This document shows, in pieces, positions 37,677 through 46,834 of a stretch of DNA of 64,000 nt. The notes below the pieces were generated by a model. It searched no databases and had not been told where the DNA came from. It was given only the letters and a program-made list of their open reading frames with translations. The position numbers were made by a program, and so were the translations under genes. Source of the DNA: an uncultured Verrucomicrobiae bacterium (GTDB lineage Bacteria; Verrucomicrobiota; Verrucomicrobiia; Chthoniobacterales; UBA10450); assembly GCA_963735805.1 (NCBI GenBank), contig CAVTMK010000001.1:358246-422245 (forward strand), read 5' to 3'. Every line of letters begins with the position of its first letter. Position 1 is the stretch's first letter.

Positions 37677-38953
37677 GGCGCCGGTGACGCGGACGCTCCG
37701 GGAGAAGCTGATGCCTCCGGGGCTGGGGACGCATCGGAAGTTGTGCCTGTGCTTGTCCCTGTGCTTGCGCCCGGCGGAGCCAGTAAAAGGTCAGGCGCAG
37801 TGGTGGTATCAGGCGCCAGTGAAGCTGGTGGTGGAAGTGAACCATCGCTATCCGCCGCGGGTAGCGGAGCTTCATTGTTTGGCGCGCCGGGTTTCGCAGA
37901 ACCGCTTTCGGCAGTTGGCGTTCCGTGCATGTCCCCTTTCTTCTTGGCAACCTGGCCGAGAGGAAGAGCCGGCTGAAGCGCCGCATCTCCAAATTTCGCG
38001 CGGAGCTGATCAATCCGCTTCTTAGCCTCGTTGCTTTCCTGAGATCCTGGCTGCTGTCGAATCACTTCGTTGTAGTAGATAACAGCGGCGCGATAATATT
38101 TCTGCTTGTCGTAAAATTTCGCGACCTTGTATGAGTTGGATGTTTGTTTGTGCTCGAGAATTGCGAGGTCGGCGCGGGCCTGTGCCGCCTTTTCACTTTT
38201 GGGATAGTGGAGGAGAAAATCTTCGAATGCAGTTTTGGCATTCGCTGCGGCGGCAGCGTCCTTTGTGCCTAACTGCGCTGCGTTAAACCAAATGTAACCG
38301 ATCTGGTATTGAGCGTCCACCGCAACAGGCTCGTTCGGAAACTTATCCACGACAGCTTGGTATGCCTGAATCGCAGCATCGTTAGCGCCTTGTTTCTCGC
38401 GGGCCAGACCAATATCAAACTGTGCTCGTGCAGTATATTTTCCGTAGGGCGCAGTTCGGACGACGTTTGCGAAAACAGTCACTGCCCGATCCAACGCCGA
38501 CGCATAAGGAATTCCAAGGAACTTCAGTTTCTTCCCGTGAAGATAAACCTCCCCAATGCGAAACTGCGCTTCGATTGCTTCCTCAAAATGTGGACTGCCC
38601 GGATATTTTTCTACTAACTGAGCAAAGGTATCCGCCGCCGCAAAATTAAGGCGCTCTCGTTCCTGTAGTACCGCCGCTCGATAAAGCGCCTCAGCGGCCA
38701 TCTTATCTCTGGGATGGCGTTTGACTAGACTCTTGTAAGCTCTGATCGCGCGTTTCGTGTCGCCATCTTTTTCAGCAGTCTGTCCGATTTGAAACAGCTC
38801 TGCCGTATCGCCGCTTATTTCTTCTTCAACACCGCCCGGCCCGACATACTCTGCTTTTTTACCCGGCTTGAAGACAACAGAGGCCTCGCCGAATCCGGGC
38901 AAAAGGAACGCGGCAACTACAAAAACTACGAGCGCACGAATTGCAAATTGCAT
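37673..38953 (-). CDS. bamD: Outer membrane assembly factor BamD-like TPR protein
   Basis: TPRs, F..YPKS, VAKFY.....Y.AA.IYY; Pro/Ala/Ser-rich tail. Confidence 0.85.
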   Translation of the reverse strand: MQFAIRALVVFVVAAFLLPGFGEASVVFKPGKKAEYVGPGGVEEEISGDTAELFQIGQTAEKDGDTKRAIRAYKSLVKRHPRDKMAAEALYRAAVLQERERLNFAAADTFAQLVEKYPGSPHFEEAIEAQFRIGEVYLHGKKLKFLGIPYASALDRAVTVFANVVRTAPYGKYTARAQFDIGLAREKQGANDAAIQAYQAVVDKFPNEPVAVDAQYQIGYIWFNAAQLGTKDAAAAANAKTAFEDFLLHYPKSEKAAQARADLAILEHKQTSNSYKVAKFYDKQKYYRAAVIYYNEVIRQQPGSQESNEAKKRIDQLRAKFGDAALQPALPLGQVAKKKGDMHGTPTAESGSAKPGAPNNEAPLPAADSDGSLPPPASLAPDTTTAPDLLLAPPGASTGTSTGTTSDASPAPEASASPGASASPAP

Positions 38954-38962
38954 GGGTGTGGC

Positions 38963-38990
38963 AGGGTAATTGACTTATGCGCCCAGTCAA
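38963..38990 (-). promoter_or_regulatory. Putative sigma70 promoter TTGACT-N16-TACCCT for bamD
   Basis: Motifs read directly; -10 ends 9 nt before the ATG. Confidence 0.45.
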
Positions 38991-39089
38991 GTTTCGGCGG
39001 TCGCCGGGGCCCGGTTAGAGTATTCATTGTGTTTGCAGAACTGAACCCTTTTCCAGGGGCACAAGACTGGCTAACGTTGCAACCTCGTT

Positions 39090-39968
39090 TTGAATCTGAT
39101 CGATCAGCAAAAGATACGCATCGGCACGTGCGCCTGGAGCTTTGACGACTGGCGTGGTGCTTTCTACCCGCCGGATTTGCCAGAAGCTCACCGGTTGGAA
39201 TTTTATGCCAACTATTTCACGGCAGTGGAAGTGGATTCAACGTTCCATGCCGCTCCGCCAGAAAATAGCGTTCGGCGCTGGGTCCAAATGACTCCTACGG
39301 CCTTCCGTTTCACCTGTAAACTTCCTCGTCAGATCACCCACGCTTCCCGGCTGCAAGATTGCAGCGCCGAGCTGAATTCGTTTCTCCGCGCTATCGAACC
39401 GCTTGGAGCAAAGCTCGATGTTATCCTCATCCAGCTGCCTCCGTCGTTCACGCCAAAAGATGGCAAATTGGCACTGCGTAATTTTCTCGGTCAACTCCCA
39501 AAGGATTTCCGTTTCGCAATTGAGTTTCGTCACTCCGGATGGCACCGGCCACAATTCATCCGGCTTTTGGAAAAACATCACGTCTGCTGGGTGTGGGCGG
39601 ACACTACTCCACTTAACGAACGAAATCTTGCGCCTTTCGAATTCCTGCCGCGCACGTCCGACTTTCTTTATCTGCGTCTGCTCGGCGATTACTCAACTAA
39701 ATACGATGTCGACGGCGGGCACGTCCATCGTTACAAAAAGCTTCTATGGAAGCGCGAAGCGGCACTTGAAAGCTGGTCGCTCAAGATCGAGCGGCACCTT
39801 TCCGAAGTACGCAATGTCTGGGCATTCGTTAGCAATCATTTCGAAGGATTTGCGCCGGAAACCTGCCAGCGCCTCGCCAAACGTCTGGAGCTTCAGGTAA
39901 TTCTGCCTTCGGAAACGGAGCAGGCCATGTCGGCACAGAACCGGTCGCAGCTCGATCTTCAGTTATAG
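39090..39968 (+). CDS. DUF72 family protein
   Basis: IGT.AW...W.G.FYP, VEVDSTF, LIQLPPSF and AIEFRH..W motifs. Confidence 0.92.
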   Translation: MNLIDQQKIRIGTCAWSFDDWRGAFYPPDLPEAHRLEFYANYFTAVEVDSTFHAAPPENSVRRWVQMTPTAFRFTCKLPRQITHASRLQDCSAELNSFLRAIEPLGAKLDVILIQLPPSFTPKDGKLALRNFLGQLPKDFRFAIEFRHSGWHRPQFIRLLEKHHVCWVWADTTPLNERNLAPFEFLPRTSDFLYLRLLGDYSTKYDVDGGHVHRYKKLLWKREAALESWSLKIERHLSEVRNVWAFVSNHFEGFAPETCQRLAKRLELQVILPSETEQAMSAQNRSQLDLQL

Positions 39969-40793
39969 CAACGGTTCGGCGCAGACAGGATGCAAGATCC
40001 GCCCGTGTTTTTCGAAAACGCAGACTTCCCGAACTCCCAATGTCGCCATCTTTTGCGCGAGCCTTGGAAAATCGTTACCCAACTGCGCATATGAGTGCGC
40101 ATCGGAGGCAATCGTAAACGGAATTCCCTTCGCCATCGCCAATTCGATGATCCGATCGCCGGGATAGAGTTCGTTCACCGGCTTGCGCCATCCGGCGGTG
40201 GACAGTTCGATTGCGAGATTCCGCGCCCGGATAAAATCGAGCGTTTCGTTGACAATACTCCCTATCTCCGCGCTGGGCCGGTGACCATGAATCTTAATGA
40301 GGTCGATATGAGCAAGGCAATCGACTAGCCCAGTCGCCGCCATATCGCGAACACGGCGAAAATAATCGTTATAAATCGCATCGACGTCACGGCCTTCGAA
40401 TTGGGACGCGCCATTTGGCACGCTGTCGAACATTTGATCGGCGCGATCAAGAAAGTGCACCGATCCCAAGACAAAATCGAGTTTGTCCCAGTGCTTCTCG
40501 ATCCATTCTCGGCCAGCTGGCGAGTGAAGGGGATCGTTATCGAGCTCAATACCGGCGCGGATTCTGAGATCGGGATTCTTCTGCCGCAAGTGATCGATTT
40601 CATCGAAGTCGATTCCCCTGTGGTATCGATCGTGATCGGTAAAAGCTATGTCGGTTAGACCGCTCTCACGCGCCGAGTCCACCCAAGGCTGGAGCAGCGC
40701 GAGCGTGTAACGCTGCACCCGGTGCCCCTGTGGATGGGTGTGGTAGTCGGAAAAAAGCCGATAACTAACGGCAGATGGCTGATTGCCGGACAT
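39963..40793 (-). CDS. PHP-family histidinol-phosphatase (HisJ/HisK-like)
   Basis: DYHTH, FTDH, GIE, LGSVH, LAH.D, IELSTAG and SDAH motifs. Confidence 0.88.
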   Translation of the reverse strand: MSGNQPSAVSYRLFSDYHTHPQGHRVQRYTLALLQPWVDSARESGLTDIAFTDHDRYHRGIDFDEIDHLRQKNPDLRIRAGIELDNDPLHSPAGREWIEKHWDKLDFVLGSVHFLDRADQMFDSVPNGASQFEGRDVDAIYNDYFRRVRDMAATGLVDCLAHIDLIKIHGHRPSAEIGSIVNETLDFIRARNLAIELSTAGWRKPVNELYPGDRIIELAMAKGIPFTIASDAHSYAQLGNDFPRLAQKMATLGVREVCVFEKHGRILHPVCAEPLL

Positions 40794-40834
40794 GTGCGCG
40801 TTTTTTCAATCAACTATCAGGATGTCGACCTTGT

Positions 40835-41368
40835 TCAGGGAACGGCCAGAAATTTCTGCCGAACACGCAGTTCCGGGTACTGAGGGAAAAAGACTTCGGC
40901 AATAAACACTTTGTTTGGCGTCAGATCACGTGTTGCGATTGTCTCGTTATACTCAATCCGTTCCTGCGGGTTGATCAAAATCGTGGCGGGTTTTTCTGCG
41001 ATAGCGTGGTTGTCGGACCACTTTGTGAGGATGTTTCCTTCAGAATTCATTAAATAAATTTCAATCCGTTGATTTGTAGGAAAATCGAGGGTAACCGGGC
41101 GCTTGGCGACGTTTGCCAGGGTCAATTTTATTCCGAGCTGACGGACTTCTGACAACTTGATCGTTTGCGGTGCGATTTGCAGATCAAGCGTAAGCCCGCG
41201 CAATCTTGCATCCTTGTACTGGGGGACCGCGTCGGGCGAGAATGGATGAAGGATACGGCCCAACCAACCCCGCCTGCGCGCCGGTGTTGACGTCGGCATC
41301 GCGTCCTGAGCAAAGACGCTCCCAATCATCAAAAATATCAGAAAATGCAAAACGGCTCGTCGCTTCAT
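40835..41368 (-). CDS. Exported BsuPI (proteinase inhibitor-like) domain protein
   Basis: L.N....PVTL.FPT.QR.EI......G.....WS pattern; signal peptide. Confidence 0.7.
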   Translation of the reverse strand: MKRRAVLHFLIFLMIGSVFAQDAMPTSTPARRRGWLGRILHPFSPDAVPQYKDARLRGLTLDLQIAPQTIKLSEVRQLGIKLTLANVAKRPVTLDFPTNQRIEIYLMNSEGNILTKWSDNHAIAEKPATILINPQERIEYNETIATRDLTPNKVFIAEVFFPQYPELRVRQKFLAVP

Positions 41369-41438
41369 GAGCGGGTTAAAACGGACCCGAAAGCTTTCGA
41401 GGTTGCAAAAACCCTGTCAAACCCTTTATCCAATCGGC

Positions 41439-41906
41439 ATGAAAGCTCTCTGTGCATTCGCGTTTTGCCTGGTTCTCGCCGCGGCCGAAGGCGTGGCAAA
41501 ACAACGACATTGCACGTTCCGGTTGCATGCACAAGCGAACGCAAAGGACACAGAGGTTTTCGCGACATCTGTTCACGCCCAGGTATCAGGAAAAGAAGTG
41601 GCAATCGAAAAGATTCCGCGAATCTCGGAGAACGACGTCATCGCCTTTTATCCGTACGCGGCCGCGAACGGAACTTATGGTGCGTTGTTCCAGCTCGACG
41701 AACATGGACGAGTCGCCCTTGACGCCTTGAGCATTGAACGCAGAGGCAGTTTGCTCTTTGTGTTCATCAATGGCCGACCAATCACGGAACTCGAAATCGA
41801 TAAACGTGTTTCTGACGGAAAAATCTACATCCCTTCCGGACTAACCTCTGCGGACATTGAATTGATGAAAAAGGATTGGCGCATGATCGGACAACGAAAA
41901 CGATAG
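41439..41906 (+). CDS. Exported hypothetical protein
   Basis: Signal peptide; weak resemblance to a SecD periplasmic subdomain. Confidence 0.65.
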   Translation: MKALCAFAFCLVLAAAEGVAKQRHCTFRLHAQANAKDTEVFATSVHAQVSGKEVAIEKIPRISENDVIAFYPYAAANGTYGALFQLDEHGRVALDALSIERRGSLLFVFINGRPITELEIDKRVSDGKIYIPSGLTSADIELMKKDWRMIGQRKR

Positions 41907-41911
41907 ATGGA

Positions 41912-42364
41912 CTACCGAGGATTCAGCGGGGTTTCTTGTGCGGCGACGGCCTGCCAACTTCCATGACGATAAAGCAAAACATCGGTGAATCGAATCCGCA
42001 TCACAATCCGGCCATCCTTGTCTCTGATCTCATTCAAGCCCCGAGCGACCGCCATTGATCCATAGAGCTGAACTTTGACCTCCCGCAAATGCTGCAAATA
42101 TGGACGTGCCGTTCCCAACCCTTCCAGTACCTGACTTTTCGTGTGCAGCTCCCCCTTCCAATTTGAATCCACGAAATCACCCGCAAGAATTCTGTCGAGC
42201 GTTGCCCGGTCACGCTCGACTAACGCTCGCAACCATTCATGCTCAATGCCAAGGACAGTATGTTCATCTCGACCTTGAACAGGAATTTCACCGCTGAACG
42301 CCGATGCCACGAAAATTGATAACGCTGCCAGAAACGATGCAAGGAATCCTTTCAATGGTTTCAT
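41912..42364 (-). CDS. NTF2-like DUF4440 protein
   Basis: EW..A...RD...L.RILA.DF and RFTDV......G.WQ.VA motifs. Confidence 0.85.
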   Translation of the reverse strand: MKPLKGFLASFLAALSIFVASAFSGEIPVQGRDEHTVLGIEHEWLRALVERDRATLDRILAGDFVDSNWKGELHTKSQVLEGLGTARPYLQHLREVKVQLYGSMAVARGLNEIRDKDGRIVMRIRFTDVLLYRHGSWQAVAAQETPLNPR

Positions 42365-42394
42365 GAACTACTCTCTTCTCGGAACACGCGACAC

Positions 42395-43432
42395 GTGAAT
42401 CGTCTTTTAAAAATAACGTTTTTGATGGCCGCTCTGGGCGGCTCAGTAACAAGGGGACAGACTCAAACTTTCGATCTTGTCCTGCCAACAGACAACGACG
42501 CGCTGTTTTCAGGTGGCGGCGCCGCATTCTACCAGTACATCGAGCGGAACTATAAGGGCGTGAAATCGACACCCTGGGAGGGTGGCCAGTACGGTTTTGT
42601 GCGCGATCCCACGGACACCGCAGGTGGCGTTGTGTACACCCGGTTTCACGAAGGGATCGATATTCGTCCCCTGCACCGCGACGAGCATGGTGAGCCGCTG
42701 GACGAGGTGCGCGCTATTGCCGATGGAAAAGTGGTGCACGTTAACTCCGTTTCCGGGTACTCAAACTACGGAAAATACATCGTCATTGAGCATGGTTGGG
42801 GCGGATCAAATTACTACAGCTTGTATGGACATTTGAGTTCCGTTGCAGCAAAGCCAGGAGAAATGGTGCAACGCGGCCAGCGCATTGCTGTGATGGGTTA
42901 CACTGGTACAGGGTTAAACCGGGAGCGAGCGCATCTCCACTTGGAATTGAACCTGATGCTTAGCCGTGAATTCGAGGCCTGGTACAACACATTCTTTAAA
43001 AACGATCCCAATCACAACGGCATTTACAACGGCATGAATCTCGCTGGCCTCGATGTTGCACGGCTGTACCTTGCCCTTCACAGAAATCCCTCATTGACCA
43101 TTCCCGAATTCCTCAGTCGCGAAGAAACATTCTACAAAGTGACCCTTCCCAAATCGCGACACTTCGACCTCGCAAAACTTTATCCGTGGATGCTCACGAC
43201 AGTGAGTCGAAACGAAAAATCTTCCTGGCAGGTCTCATTTGCACAATCCGGAGTGCCTCTGAGAATAGAATCGAGCGATCAACAGGCGACACAGCCCGAG
43301 CTGAGCTATGTGAAAAAAAGTTCGGTCGACTATTCACACCTGACCCGGGACATCGTTTCCGGCCACGCGGCAAATGCGCATCTCTCAGATTACGGGCGGC
43401 AATTGATGCGGCTCTTAATTTGGCCTGATTGA
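42395..43432 (+). CDS. M23 family metallopeptidase
   Basis: FHEGIDI, YGHL and HLHLE zinc motifs. Confidence 0.92.
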   Translation: MNRLLKITFLMAALGGSVTRGQTQTFDLVLPTDNDALFSGGGAAFYQYIERNYKGVKSTPWEGGQYGFVRDPTDTAGGVVYTRFHEGIDIRPLHRDEHGEPLDEVRAIADGKVVHVNSVSGYSNYGKYIVIEHGWGGSNYYSLYGHLSSVAAKPGEMVQRGQRIAVMGYTGTGLNRERAHLHLELNLMLSREFEAWYNTFFKNDPNHNGIYNGMNLAGLDVARLYLALHRNPSLTIPEFLSREETFYKVTLPKSRHFDLAKLYPWMLTTVSRNEKSSWQVSFAQSGVPLRIESSDQQATQPELSYVKKSSVDYSHLTRDIVSGHAANAHLSDYGRQLMRLLIWPD

Positions 43433-43460
43433 CTCGTAATGAACACGCGGTGGAGCAACC

Positions 43461-43540
43461 GGCCGGACTCCAAGACGGAAGCGCGTAATCTGCGAGTGAG
43501 ATCGGAAGGACATGTTGGAGCGCAGTGCGCTGCCGCTGTA
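43461..43540. repeat. Degenerate CTCCAA/TTGGAG-type interspersed repeat pair
   Basis: CTCCAA (43468-43473) is the inverse of TTGGAG (43515-43520); the right half resembles 24013-24040. Confidence 0.4.
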
Positions 43541-43570
43541 TAACAATAAACCCGAGCGCGAATCGCGCTT

Positions 43571-44053
43571 TTAACACGAGGTCGGCGTGCCTTGGGCAAG
43601 CGCGACTGCATGCGGGATCGCGCCATGTACAAACCCCAGACATTCCACGGCACCACTTGGTTTCCCCGGAAGTGCGATTACCAGAGATGAATCAACAATC
43701 GCTGCCAGACTACGCGAGAGAATCGAATTTGGCGTGATCTTCATAGATTCCGCGCGCATCACTTCACCAAAGCCTGGCAACTCCACGCGCATAATCGCGC
43801 GAATCGCTTCGGGAGTAACGTCCCGCGGCCCGACGCCAGTGCCGCCAGTTGTCAAAACTAAACCGCAGCCCTGCCGTGAAAATGAACGAATTGTCTGCTG
43901 AATTCGGTCTACGTCGTCAGGAACAATCGCTTCCGATAGGACCTGCCATCCTGCCTTTCGCGCCACGTCCCTCAGTGCCGGTCCGCCAAGGTCCTGGTAA
44001 TCACCAGCGCTGGCGCGATCCGAGATCGTAATAATGCCGACCTGAATTTGCAT
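43571..44053 (-). CDS. mog: Molybdopterin adenylyltransferase Mog/MoaB
   Basis: ISDRAS, TTGGTG.GPRDVTPEA and LPG.P motifs. Confidence 0.92.
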   Translation of the reverse strand: MQIQVGIITISDRASAGDYQDLGGPALRDVARKAGWQVLSEAIVPDDVDRIQQTIRSFSRQGCGLVLTTGGTGVGPRDVTPEAIRAIMRVELPGFGEVMRAESMKITPNSILSRSLAAIVDSSLVIALPGKPSGAVECLGFVHGAIPHAVALAQGTPTSC

Positions 44054-44058
44054 TTTGC

Positions 44059-44121
44059 TGTGGCGACGTCTCTATGGACGTCGCCGATGTCCGCTTCGGT
44101 GGTTATAGGCCGCCGCCGCGG
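44059..44121. repeat. REP doublet overlapping the moaC 3' end and stop codon
   Basis: GGCGACGTC-TCTATG-GACGTCGCC hairpin plus imperfect CGGTGGTTATAGGCCGCCG hairpin. Confidence 0.6.
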
Positions 44122-44566
44122 CACGTTTCGTCTTCTCGACCAAATGCACGTTTGAAATTTCCATCTCTTTGTCCACCGCCTTGCACATGTCATAAATTGT
44201 AAGCAACGCGACTGTGACTCCTACAAGCGCCTCCATCTCCACGCCGGTTTGCGCAAGTGTCTTCGCGGTACATTTCACCTCTGCTTCCTTCTCTGATGTG
44301 GCAATGTCGATCTTGACTTCACCGAGGGGCAGGCTGTGACAAAGCGGAATTAGTTGCGCTGTTTGCTTCGCGGCTTGAATACCCGCAATTCGCGCAGTCG
44401 CAAAGACGTTCCCTTTTGCGATTTGATCTTTCCCGATCAAGTTGAGTGTCTCACGGCTAAGACGGATTTTGCCCCTGGCGACTGCTTTCCGCGCAGTCAA
44501 CTGTTTCGCCGAAACATCGACCATTTGCGCGCGACCATCCGTATCGATGTGCGTAAGGCGTTGCAT
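44072..44566 (-). CDS. moaC: Cyclic pyranopterin monophosphate synthase MoaC
   Basis: LTH.D..G.A.MVDVS.K, LIPLCH, TGVEMEAL and IYDMCKAVD motifs. Confidence 0.96.
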   Translation of the reverse strand: MQRLTHIDTDGRAQMVDVSAKQLTARKAVARGKIRLSRETLNLIGKDQIAKGNVFATARIAGIQAAKQTAQLIPLCHSLPLGEVKIDIATSEKEAEVKCTAKTLAQTGVEMEALVGVTVALLTIYDMCKAVDKEMEISNVHLVEKTKRAAAAAYNHRSGHRRRP

Positions 44567-44569
44567 TCC

Positions 44570-45571
44570 TTAACCGCCGATCGCAATCATCTTGCGGTTC
44601 GGCTGATAGTTCTGGCGAAAGTCGTGTTGCTCAGGCTTTCGATCGACAACGTCGAGAAAGAATTGCTTGAGCTCTTGATCGCTAGCCCCGGCCCGAAGCG
44701 GTTTCATGACGTCGAATTCCAGGTGGCTTCCGAGACACGGACGCAATTTTCCGTCGCATGTGAGCCGGAGTTTGTTGCAGCTTTCGCAGAAGTGCAGGTT
44801 GGTCATCGCTCCGATAAATCCTATGCGCTGCCGGCGCCCGGGGATTTGGTAATACGTGGCCGGACCATTCGTCCGAAATTCAGCCTCAGGAATCAAAGCC
44901 CCGTAATGTGACTCGATCACCTTCTTCGCCTCGTTGACCGGCATAAAATTTCTATCGTCGAGCACTTCCGTAGTACTAACTGGCATCAACTCGATGAAAC
45001 GGAGAATCAGATTGCGTCGCGCCGCGAATTGTATCAGTGGAATCAACTGGTCCTCGTTTCGACCGCGCATCAAAACGGTATTCAATTTTAGCTGGCCAAA
45101 GCCCGCGGTGATGGCTGCGTCGATCCCACGAAGAACCTGTTCATGAAAATCGCGACCGGTAACCTGCGAATAGACAGCTCGATCCAACGTATCCAGAGAA
45201 ATATTAATCGATTCCACACCTGCGGCGCACAAAGCATCGGCCATTGTTTTGCCTGGCGCGACTTCACGCGCGAGTAACGTCCCGTTCGTGGAAAGACCAA
45301 TGCTCCTAAGGCCGGTGATTTTAGGCAGTCGCCCGATAAAATCGATCACATCACGGCGCGTCAGCGGCTCGCCGCCAGTAATTCGCACTCTCGAAACGCC
45401 CAATTCAGCCGCAATACGAATAAGGCGCAGCGTCTCTTCAAAGGTCAGAATCTCCTCGCGCGGCAGCCACTCCTGCAATTCCTGCGGCATGCAATAGGTG
45501 CAACGCTCATTGCAACGGTCGGTGATCGAGACGCGCAGATATGAAATGCGATGGCCGTAGCGATCTTGCAT
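44570..45571 (-). CDS. moaA: GTP 3',8-cyclase MoaA (radical SAM)
   Basis: CNERCTYC, TGGEP, FC..CNKLR...C and C-terminal IGG. Confidence 0.97.
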   Translation of the reverse strand: MQDRYGHRISYLRVSITDRCNERCTYCMPQELQEWLPREEILTFEETLRLIRIAAELGVSRVRITGGEPLTRRDVIDFIGRLPKITGLRSIGLSTNGTLLAREVAPGKTMADALCAAGVESINISLDTLDRAVYSQVTGRDFHEQVLRGIDAAITAGFGQLKLNTVLMRGRNEDQLIPLIQFAARRNLILRFIELMPVSTTEVLDDRNFMPVNEAKKVIESHYGALIPEAEFRTNGPATYYQIPGRRQRIGFIGAMTNLHFCESCNKLRLTCDGKLRPCLGSHLEFDVMKPLRAGASDQELKQFFLDVVDRKPEQHDFRQNYQPNRKMIAIGG

Positions 45572-45579
45572 GCGCAGTA

Positions 45580-45649
45580 AGGTTAAGAGCAGGGCGCCGT
45601 TGAATCAAGAAACCGCACAGTTTGACTCGCATTTGTCTGGCGCTATCAT
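45580..45649. promoter_or_regulatory. Divergent sigma70-like promoters: moaA (TTGATT-N17-TAACCT, - strand) and lipoprotein (TTGACT-N16-TATCAT, + strand)
   Basis: Motifs at 45608-45580 (-) and 45622-45649 (+). Confidence 0.5.
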
Positions 45650-45661
45650 TTCGCTGCATTT

Positions 45662-46246
45662 ATGAGGCGTCACCTTTTCCTTGGCGCATCGACACTCGGC
45701 ATCGCGACCTGCGTTTTGCTCTTCAACAGTTGTTCAACGCCCCAGACACGAATTTCCAATCGTCCTGACCTTTACCAAAATCTTTCGACCCGTGACCAGT
45801 CACTGGTAAGCCAGGGACAGCTTCGCTCGGGGATGTCACGAAGCGCAGTATGGCTGGCATGGGGTTCCCCTGACCAAAAGGTGGTGGGCAACATGGCGGG
45901 GACGCCGACGGAAACCTGGATCTATATTTATTACGCCACCTATCCATATTCTCCCTACTACGGTCCAGGGCCTTGGGGACCTTGGGGTCCCTGGGCTGCT
46001 AATGATTCTGGCCCAGGCTATAGTTTGGGGTACACCGCGGTCGGCGCAGCAGGGGGACGCGCCGGGATCGCCGTGGCAGGCGGAAGTACGCATCACCACG
46101 GAGGCCGGTCATTCGTATTTTTTGGCAGCCCATTCTATGATCCTTTCTATTGGTCGTACATCCCACCGAGCATTCCTTATCCAGGGAAGGTTGTCACTTT
46201 CGTTGGCGGTAGGGTTATGTCCTTCCAATATCTGACGGGGTACTAG
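45662..46246 (+). CDS. Lipoprotein (SmpA/OmlA-like GMS..V..AWG.P motif)
   Basis: Lipobox FNSC; GMSRSAVWLAWGSP...ETWIY; Gly/Pro/Tyr-rich insert. Confidence 0.8.
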   Translation: MRRHLFLGASTLGIATCVLLFNSCSTPQTRISNRPDLYQNLSTRDQSLVSQGQLRSGMSRSAVWLAWGSPDQKVVGNMAGTPTETWIYIYYATYPYSPYYGPGPWGPWGPWAANDSGPGYSLGYTAVGAAGGRAGIAVAGGSTHHHGGRSFVFFGSPFYDPFYWSYIPPSIPYPGKVVTFVGGRVMSFQYLTGY

Positions 46247-46307
46247 AGCGAATAACGAGCCTGCAATATTCAACCGTCGGAACAAATCAGCCTTGCGGCT
46301 TTAGCCA

Positions 46308-46769
46308 ATGTTTTACCGATATTTTCGAATTTTCATTGAGGTTCTTGAACAGGCGGCCGAACTGAAACGCGTCGCGCTGACATTTGGGATAGCAGGCGCC
46401 GCGTTGTTTTTTACGAGTTGTGGAACACCAGGAACGCGCATTTCCCAACATCCGGAAATCTATCAGCATCTCTCCCCGCGGGACCAGGGACTGGTAAGTC
46501 GGGGGCAGATTCGGCGTGGTATGAGTACGGACGCGGTATGGCTGGCTTGGGGTACACCAGAGCAAAAACTCCCCGGCCCGATGCGCGATTCCGAGACCTG
46601 GGTTTACGTGCGTTACGATACCCCTTTTCCAAGCTATGGCGTACCCTACTACTACGGCCCATTCGATTGGTCATACATCCCACCAAAGTTCCCCTACCCA
46701 TCCAGGGGAGTCACCTTCTCCAACGGCAAAGTCGTTTTCTTCCGATACCTGCCGCCGCCCCCGCCATAA
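46308..46769 (+). CDS. Chimeric lipoprotein paralog with UbiD-derived N-terminus
   Basis: Body is paralogous to 45662..46246; first 23 aa are 16/23 identical to the UbiD N-terminus at 46835. Confidence 0.8.
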   Translation: MFYRYFRIFIEVLEQAAELKRVALTFGIAGAALFFTSCGTPGTRISQHPEIYQHLSPRDQGLVSRGQIRRGMSTDAVWLAWGTPEQKLPGPMRDSETWVYVRYDTPFPSYGVPYYYGPFDWSYIPPKFPYPSRGVTFSNGKVVFFRYLPPPPP

Positions 46770-46834
46770 TCCGACGTAAACAATTTCGTTCGCATTCTGC
46801 CAGGAAACGAATCAGTGTAGCGCGACGCCCAGCA

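Noticed and set aside
46418..46834. 139-aa N-terminal extension of UbiD
   Set aside because: It is an alternate frame of the lipoprotein gene; UbiD homology starts at ATG 46835.
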